Shown here in pieces: positions 57,435 to 64,000 of a stretch of 64,000 bases of DNA. The notes under the pieces were generated by a model that was not told the DNA's origin, made no database searches, and was given only the letters and a program-made list of their open reading frames with translations. Each line of letters starts with the position of its first letter. Position 1 is the stretch's first letter. This DNA comes from Dehalococcoidia bacterium (GTDB lineage: Bacteria; Chloroflexota; Dehalococcoidia; Plut-88900), in assembly GCA_965197585.1 (NCBI GenBank), contig OZ240215.1, positions 1,760,001 to 1,824,000 of the forward strand, written 5' to 3'. A program made the position numbers and the translations under genes.

Positions 57435-58589
57435 ATGAAATACAATCTGATTTCCGCCGACACCCACATGGATCTGGTCTATATGCCGCCAGAGATGTTC
57501 GTAGAGAATGCTCCCTCTGCGCTCAGGGATAAGATGCCCCGGGTGGAGGACACGGAAGAAGGTCCTTACTGGATGTTGGAAGGCAAGAAAGTTGTGCCCT
57601 CTGGCAGCGGTGGCCTGACCAGCGGCCACTATCAGGAAGGGGAAGCCAAACATCTGGACCGGATGGCCGAAGTCGGGTTCTTCGATAGTATGGCTCACGG
57701 AGTCTATCATCCCAGCGATCCCGACCTCCGCGTGAAAGACTTGGATATAGACGGCGTGGATGCCGAAATCATGTACGGCATCCTGGAGATCGGTGCCGGT
57801 GGCCGCCTTGGCCCCGAGGTCGAAGACGCAGCGATTCTTAACTCCACCTACCAAGTCTACAACCAGTGGGTCGCCGATTTCGTCGGTAAGAATCCCGCGC
57901 GGATGAACGCACTCGCTTGCCTGACTCACCGAGACCCTCAGACCGCCGCCGACCAGCTTCGCCAGGCAGCAGAGTTGGGCCTAAGAGGCGCGGAGATCCT
58001 CGTACCGCAGATGAACAAGCCCCTGTACCACAAAGACTGGGATATATTGTGGCAAACCTCTGGCGAGTGCCAAATACCGATCTCCTTTCACACCGTGGGT
58101 GGCACCTTCGCCAGGCCGCAGCCTAAGGAAGAAGCGGAATACCGGTACGTGGTCAGGGGGTTGGGGGAAGCCCTGTTCCAGATCACTGGTTCAGAGTTCC
58201 TGATCAGTGTCATACTTTCCGGGGCTTGCCAGAGATTCCCTGACTTCAACTGGGTGCTGGGCGAATGCGGTATCGGATGGATACCCTACATCGTCGAGAG
58301 GACGGACATCGAATACGCCGACAGGTTATTCCAACTCGGCCTCGAGATGAAACCGAGCGACTACTGGCGTCGACAGGGACACTCCACCTTCCAGGAGGAG
58401 TACGTCTCGATGGACGAGATTGAGAGAATTGGTATAGACAGCATTATGTGGGGCTCCGACTACCCTCACCCCGACGGCGTATTCCCCGATTCCAAGTCGG
58501 TCATCCAGACTAACCTGGGACACCTCCCCAAGGACGTGATACAGCAGATAACCTGCGAAAACGCCGCCAAGGTGTACCGGTTCAATTGA
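57435..58589 (+). CDS. Amidohydrolase family 2 protein, tandem paralog
   Basis: Shares HLDRMAEVGFFD, DIDGVDAE.MYGIL and WGSDYPHPDGVFPDS with the preceding gene. Confidence 0.92.
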   Translation: MKYNLISADTHMDLVYMPPEMFVENAPSALRDKMPRVEDTEEGPYWMLEGKKVVPSGSGGLTSGHYQEGEAKHLDRMAEVGFFDSMAHGVYHPSDPDLRVKDLDIDGVDAEIMYGILEIGAGGRLGPEVEDAAILNSTYQVYNQWVADFVGKNPARMNALACLTHRDPQTAADQLRQAAELGLRGAEILVPQMNKPLYHKDWDILWQTSGECQIPISFHTVGGTFARPQPKEEAEYRYVVRGLGEALFQITGSEFLISVILSGACQRFPDFNWVLGECGIGWIPYIVERTDIEYADRLFQLGLEMKPSDYWRRQGHSTFQEEYVSMDEIERIGIDSIMWGSDYPHPDGVFPDSKSVIQTNLGHLPKDVIQQITCENAAKVYRFN

Positions 58590-58775
58590 TCTGATTGCGA
58601 TTGGCCTTTGCCCCTCTTGACCTGCACATGGACACGTAAGCGTCTCGGCATCTTAGATGAGGGCACAATTGGCGCTGAGGTCAACCGGTTTCGAATTTAC
58701 CCTACGAGAACGCGTGTGACACATCTATTGAGGGCAACGGGCACAAGCTGCTAGCGAAATGGAGAAGTTGACCAA

Positions 58776-59594
58776 ATGCTTAGCGAGTACAGTTTGGAAG
58801 GCAAATCCGCCCTCATTACCGGTGGGGGCCGGGGTATTGGCAAGGTTATCGCTTTGGTGTTGGCCGAGGCCGGCGCCGACATCGCAGTCGCTTCTCGCAC
58901 CCTGGACCAGGTTGAACAGGTTGCCAATGAAATACGGTCGCTAGGCCGAAACTCCGTCGCTGTGCAGTTAGACGTATCCGACTCGGCCCAGGCTGAGCAG
59001 GCGGTGTCCCAGGCCACCGCCGCCCTGGGGAAAATCGATATCCTGGTCAACAACGCTGGCATAAGCTACGGCGCCGTACCCCTAATACCAATTGAGAGGC
59101 TCCCCGAGGAAAAGATCTCCGGTGACCTTAAGGCCGGGCTCACCGATGACCAATGGAGCCGCCTCCTGAACATTAACCTCAGCGGAGCTTTCTACTGCTG
59201 CCGAGCCGTAGCCGGTCAGATGTTGGAACGGCGCAGCGGCAAGATCATCAACGTCTCATCGATGACTGGCATCCTCGCCGAGGCCTACTACACCGCCTAC
59301 GACAGCTCCAAGGCTGCCCTGAACATGCTTACCAAGTGCCTTGCCCTGGAGTGGGGCCGGTTCAACATCAACGTCAACGGCATCGGCCCCGGCTGGTTCA
59401 TGACCGAGATGACCAGGCCCGGTTTCATCGATCAGGCCGTCCACGAGGCCCGTGTTAAAGGCGTTCCCCTCCAACGCCTCACCGACGCCCGGGACATCGG
59501 GCTGTTGGCCGTCTACCTGGCCAGCCCGGCCTCGGACTGGATGACAGGTCAGGTGATCTATCTGGACGGTGGACAGTCGGCGATACATGCCTAG
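58776..59594 (+). CDS. SDR oxidoreductase (gluconate 5-dehydrogenase/KduD-like)
   Basis: TGGGRGIG, NNAG, YDSSK, GPGWF, YLASPASDWMTGQ. Confidence 0.9.
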   Translation: MLSEYSLEGKSALITGGGRGIGKVIALVLAEAGADIAVASRTLDQVEQVANEIRSLGRNSVAVQLDVSDSAQAEQAVSQATAALGKIDILVNNAGISYGAVPLIPIERLPEEKISGDLKAGLTDDQWSRLLNINLSGAFYCCRAVAGQMLERRSGKIINVSSMTGILAEAYYTAYDSSKAALNMLTKCLALEWGRFNINVNGIGPGWFMTEMTRPGFIDQAVHEARVKGVPLQRLTDARDIGLLAVYLASPASDWMTGQVIYLDGGQSAIHA

Positions 59595-59684
59595 ACAGAC
59601 GTCGCCCTGAAGTTGCAATCAAGCCACCCGACTCCGGCGCTCTCCGTACCATCATTCCGGGGACCGAGTGCCGTGGCTCGTAGA

Positions 59685-61127
59685 TTAGCTAACAACCGGC
59701 CACCCGAGTCCCAGGTCAACCCCGAGCCGTCCCGCCCGAGCAACTACCGAGTCAGAGACTGTCCGGTAGACCTCCTGCTCGTCCACTCGGGTCGAGTGTC
59801 CTTCACTGAAGACCATCTCTCCGTTAACCAGGACAGTATTCACACTCCCGGTTCCCATAGTTAACGCCAGCAAGTGCAATGGGTTGTTTGAGGGATAGGC
59901 TTCGGCCGCGCCCGCAGACCTCACAACGACGTCCGCGCGCTTGCCGGATTCCAGGCTTCCCAGCTCCGCATCCATTCCGGCAGCCGAGGCCGCATTGATG
60001 GTCTGCATTTCGAGTAACGCTCCGGGGGAAAGAGGGTCCGCATAGGTTTGTGACGCGTAGTGTGCAGCGAGCATTATCCCACCCGGAGTGCATCCGATAG
60101 CGCCGTCGGTGCCTAGAGAGACACGGGTTCCTCGTTGGTACCGCTGCGCCATCTTGAAGTTCGCACTTCCTCCGAACCCGAGCGAGAAGAAGGCAGCCGG
60201 GCACCATACTATCTGGCAGCCCGATTCCTGGACCACTCTCTCCTCCTCTTCGTCCAGCACGTTTGCATGGACTATTACGGTGTGCTCGTCGAGTACACCG
60301 AGCTCTTTCAGGTGCATGATGTGGCTGGTGCCGTTTATGGCGCGATAGATCGCGGGCTCTCCTGGAACGTAACCGGCATGAAGCTGAAAGGGCACGTTAT
60401 TGTCGCGGGCACATGCGTGTGCCGCCTGCAACAGTTCGGGCGAGGCAGTCCCTGCGCCGTAGACGAATATGTAACCCCGGACCAACGCTTCGGGGTCTCT
60501 GTTCCGGTGAAGCTCCACGTCCAATTGCCCCAGTGAATGGTCTAGATCGATGGGCGCACGAGCCATCAGGCTCGGACTTATTAGCGAGGGTACAGCATCA
60601 AAGCACTCGCTCCTGTCCCACAGATAGAGCGGGGCGAAAAGGGCCCTCATGCCCACACGCTCTACCGCCTCAGCCCCAGCCTCGGTCGAGAACAGTGAGC
60701 CCGGTTCTATAAACATCGTAAAGCCGCTTCGAAGCATTTCGAGACTGGCCGTGGCAGTGGCAGCAGCCTCGTCCTCATCGGTAACTCCGGCTTTCCAATC
60801 TGCGAAGTTGACGGGCCCTGGATTTGCATCGCGGATATTTCCAACCCCCCGACATGAAGTGTGGACGATATGATTGTGAGCATCGATGAAGCCAGGATGC
60901 ACGATGCCGCCTTCGGCATCTATCGTCTCCTTTGCATCAAAGCGTTGTCTCATATCGGCATCGGTGCCTACCTCTACAATGCGCGAACCCGTAATCGCCA
61001 CCGCGCCCGTGCGATAGATTCTGCGCTCCGAGTCCATGGTGATGATCTGACCGTTGTGAATGAGAACGTCACACGTGCTCTTGTTCATCTGATTGTGCTC
61101 CAAGTTAATACGTGGGTTGAGACTCAT
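59685..61127 (-). CDS. Metal-dependent amidohydrolase (MTA/SAH deaminase or AtzA-like)
   Basis: PGFIDAHNH, QLHAG, VHAN, LGTDG, GSLESGKRADVV. Confidence 0.88.
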   Translation of the reverse strand: MSLNPRINLEHNQMNKSTCDVLIHNGQIITMDSERRIYRTGAVAITGSRIVEVGTDADMRQRFDAKETIDAEGGIVHPGFIDAHNHIVHTSCRGVGNIRDANPGPVNFADWKAGVTDEDEAAATATASLEMLRSGFTMFIEPGSLFSTEAGAEAVERVGMRALFAPLYLWDRSECFDAVPSLISPSLMARAPIDLDHSLGQLDVELHRNRDPEALVRGYIFVYGAGTASPELLQAAHACARDNNVPFQLHAGYVPGEPAIYRAINGTSHIMHLKELGVLDEHTVIVHANVLDEEEERVVQESGCQIVWCPAAFFSLGFGGSANFKMAQRYQRGTRVSLGTDGAIGCTPGGIMLAAHYASQTYADPLSPGALLEMQTINAASAAGMDAELGSLESGKRADVVVRSAGAAEAYPSNNPLHLLALTMGTGSVNTVLVNGEMVFSEGHSTRVDEQEVYRTVSDSVVARAGRLGVDLGLGWPVVS

Positions 61128-61320
61128 AGTGATACGGCAATAGACTGTGCCGCCTCCATCGAATGTATCAGGACGCGCATCCCATGGCCCGGATTAGACC
61201 ATCTTTAGACCGCAACGTTCTGACTGGCCATGGGATTGCCAATCCGTAGAAGATCCCCCGGCCTTCACCTGATTCAGCGCTCTTAATCACACTCGGCAGG
61301 TAAGTATCTCGAAGGCGTAG

Positions 61321-63777
61321 CTAGTCCTTTATCTTCTCGCTTTTCGGGTCGTAGGGCGGGCTGAGCCGTACACTGGCCGAAAAACGCTCGGTAGCAACCT
61401 CTATTGCATAGGAGCCTGAGCGTATCCAGCCGGGAGTCGACCCTTCTTCATTTTCCAGGTAGCCCATAGCCACGGACCGACCCAGTGCGTGACCATAATT
61501 CCCTGAAGTTGTGCGGCCCACAATAACCCCATCTCGATAGATGGGCTCATCGCCCAGCAGGAGCGGCTCCGGGTCTTCCAGTACGAATATGGCCAGCCGC
61601 TTTTCCAGTCCCTTCTCCCTTTGGCGCAGTAGAGCATCTCTCCCGATGAAATCGACCCCCTTGTCGAAAGCCACCGCAAATCTAAGCCCGGCCTCCAGTG
61701 GAGTATCGACGCTCGTGATGTCGTGACCCCAGCTTCGGTACGCCTTTTCTAAACGCAGCGAGTCCAGCGCATGGTAGCCGGCATGCTTCAACCCAAATTC
61801 TCCGCCTTCTTCGACTATGGAATCGTACACGTTGCAGGCGTACTCACTAGGGACGTAGAGCTCCCAGCCCAGCTCGCCCACATAGGTAATCCGCGAGGCC
61901 CGCACCGGCGCATAACCGAGATAGATCTCCTTCGAAGTTAGAAACGGAAAAGCCTCGTTTGAAAGGTCGGCGTCGGTAAGGCGGGATAACAGGTCCCGGG
62001 ACCGAGGCCCCATCACACTCAACACAGCGTAGGATGACGAGACGTCTGTAAGCGTCGCTCTCGCATCATCGGGAATGTGCCTTCTCATCCAGGTGTAGTC
62101 CCGGGTCACCGACCCCGCTGACGTGACAATCATATACGTGTCTTCCGATATACGGTTTACCGTCAAGTCCGACACTATTCCGCCCTTCGCATTCAGCATG
62201 GCGGTGTAGACCAGACTGCCTGGTGCCACGGCTACGTCGTTGGCCATCAGGCGTTGCAGGACAGATTCGGCGTCGGCTCCTTGAAGCAGGAACTTGGCAA
62301 AGGAGGTCTGGTCGAACAAGCCTACGGCTTGCCGCACTGCCAAGTGCTCCTTGGCAGAATGGTCAAACCAATTCTGTCGCCCCCAGGAGTACTCGTAAAC
62401 GGGGTCAACTCCCTCTGGGGCGTACCAGTTGGGCCGCTCCCATCCGGCAACAACACCAAAGCACGCTCCCCGCGAAACGAGTCGTTCGTGCAGAGGAGAT
62501 TGTCGTACGTTTCGGGCCGATTCCGGCTGCCTGTGAGGCCAGTGCATGGCGTAGAGCAGACCCAGGGCCTCCCCGGTTCGGTCCCGCAGGTAGGCGGGAT
62601 TGTTTGCCCAACTCTGGAAGCGACCGATGTCCACCTCCGAGAGGTCCTCGGTCATTTCCCCCTCCGTGATCCATTCCGCCATAGCCTTCCCCGCCCCTGC
62701 CGCCGATGCTACGCCGCTGGAGTTGAAACCGGCTGCCACGAAGAAGTTGCGCAGTTCGGGAGCCTCACCCATGATGTAGCGGGTGTCAGGCGTAAAGCTT
62801 TCTGGCCCGACAAGTTTGATGCGCACTCCTGCATCGGCTATGGCCGGGACGCGGTCCATGGCATTTTCCATCAAGATGTCGTAGTGGCTCCAGTCACGGT
62901 TGAGCATGTGGAGGGAAAAGTCGTCTGGTATGCCGTCCATCCCCCACGGTACCCCCTCGGGCTCAAAGCCGCCTATTAGTATTCCACCAGCTTCGAAGGG
63001 GTATCGCCGTACGTAGATGTAACCATCGGGGTCGCGAAGTGAGGGCATGTCCTCCGAGGCCCCAGGCACCGGTTCGGTGACAAAGTAGGCGTGATCGGCA
63101 GCGTGCAGAGGAATGGATACTCCACACGACAGCCCGATCTCCCGTGCCCACATACCTGCGCAGTTCACCACTACTTCACATCTAATGTCTCCCCGTGATG
63201 TGGCCACGCCCGACACCGCTCCACCGCTGGTCAAAATGTTGTTCACAGGGGTGTTCTCGATGATTTGCGCGCCACGTCTCGTGGCCCCTGTCGCCAGTGC
63301 GTTAGCCGTGCTGTCCGGCACCGTTTCACCATCGTAGGGCAGGTGTACCGCTCCCACTAGCCCTTCGATGCTCATCAGGGGCCAGAGCTCTTTCGCCTCG
63401 TCCAGGCCAATCTCGTTCATCTCCACGCCGAAGCTCTTGGCCATGGATATCATTCGCCGAAGCTCGTCCATGCGGCCCTGGGTCCGGGCTACGCTTATGC
63501 TTCCCGTCTGTCGAAAACCGGTGTCCAGGCCGGTCTCATCCTTGAGCTCCTGGTAAAGCTGCACGCCATAGCGAGAGATATCCGTCAATGCGCGGGTATG
63601 GCGCAGCTGGGTTACCAGTCCCGCCGAGTGAGCGGTGGTTCCGCTGATAATGGCGCTTCGTTCCAGTACCACCACGTCTTTCCACCCCATTTTGGCAAGG
63701 TGATAGGCGACGCTGCACCCCACGATACCCGCGCCAATGACTACGACTTCGGCGTGTTGTGGTAAGTTCTTAGCCAT
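61321..63777 (-). CDS. FAD-dependent oxidoreductase with GcvT domain (sarcosine/dimethylglycine dehydrogenase-like)
   Basis: IGAGIVG, GPESFTPD, GWERPNW, TYVGELGWELY, SLRLEKAY, PYDP. Confidence 0.93.
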   Translation of the reverse strand: MAKNLPQHAEVVVIGAGIVGCSVAYHLAKMGWKDVVVLERSAIISGTTAHSAGLVTQLRHTRALTDISRYGVQLYQELKDETGLDTGFRQTGSISVARTQGRMDELRRMISMAKSFGVEMNEIGLDEAKELWPLMSIEGLVGAVHLPYDGETVPDSTANALATGATRRGAQIIENTPVNNILTSGGAVSGVATSRGDIRCEVVVNCAGMWAREIGLSCGVSIPLHAADHAYFVTEPVPGASEDMPSLRDPDGYIYVRRYPFEAGGILIGGFEPEGVPWGMDGIPDDFSLHMLNRDWSHYDILMENAMDRVPAIADAGVRIKLVGPESFTPDTRYIMGEAPELRNFFVAAGFNSSGVASAAGAGKAMAEWITEGEMTEDLSEVDIGRFQSWANNPAYLRDRTGEALGLLYAMHWPHRQPESARNVRQSPLHERLVSRGACFGVVAGWERPNWYAPEGVDPVYEYSWGRQNWFDHSAKEHLAVRQAVGLFDQTSFAKFLLQGADAESVLQRLMANDVAVAPGSLVYTAMLNAKGGIVSDLTVNRISEDTYMIVTSAGSVTRDYTWMRRHIPDDARATLTDVSSSYAVLSVMGPRSRDLLSRLTDADLSNEAFPFLTSKEIYLGYAPVRASRITYVGELGWELYVPSEYACNVYDSIVEEGGEFGLKHAGYHALDSLRLEKAYRSWGHDITSVDTPLEAGLRFAVAFDKGVDFIGRDALLRQREKGLEKRLAIFVLEDPEPLLLGDEPIYRDGVIVGRTTSGNYGHALGRSVAMGYLENEEGSTPGWIRSGSYAIEVATERFSASVRLSPPYDPKSEKIKD

Positions 63778-64000
63778 GATTTAGCTGCGTAGGCTAGCAT
63801 TACCCTTCTGAGTGGTCAAACTTGACTGGTCTATCAACACCATAACAAGGAAGGTGTTTCACAAAGCCGCTTTCCTGTCTTGGAGACTGCGCAGATTGCT
63901 TGAACCATCCGATCGAGGTTGCCAAGTCCAGCTCCCCATAGACTGCATCACCCAGAAAGATATCGACTTTGAGGATTCCCGTGATCCACTCTATGGTTCC

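Noticed and set aside
63800-64000. Open minus-strand frame at the window end
   Set aside because: Only about 66 codons visible with no recognisable motif

Overview
A 64 kb, GC-rich bacterial chromosomal segment. Its gene content (four luciferase-like monooxygenases, several amidohydrolases, SDRs, CaiB/BaiF CoA-transferases, a MaoC pair, M24 peptidases, lipoproteins with Pro/Thr-rich linkers) suggests Chloroflexota/Dehalococcoidia, SAR202-like; this is inference, not a database result. Recognisable genes include lepA, galU, a Zn/Mn ABC transporter operon, mazEF, an ABC-F ATPase and an M16 protease. One complete IS481-family element is inserted into a REP-like palindrome, and five families of short palindromic repeats fill the intergenic spaces; one copy sits in frame inside a protein gene. 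The main unexplained signal is a pair of homologous non-coding elements about 30 kb apart (~24945-25630 and ~55095-55835). Each has a sigma70-type promoter with a LexA-like box against the -10, an AGGAGG motif with no start codon, a conserved ~200-nt 5' module with covarying stems, a 15-16 bp long-range helix enclosing 370-435 nt of dissimilar hairpin-rich sequence, and a C/A-rich tail. This is a candidate new family of large, possibly SOS-regulated structured RNAs. A second candidate regulatory system is the ~300-nt leader shared by two tandem polyamine-type solute-binding protein genes, with an inverted-repeat site and a strong SD followed by an ATT/ATA-initiated micro-ORF. No rRNA, tRNA or CRISPR array was seen.
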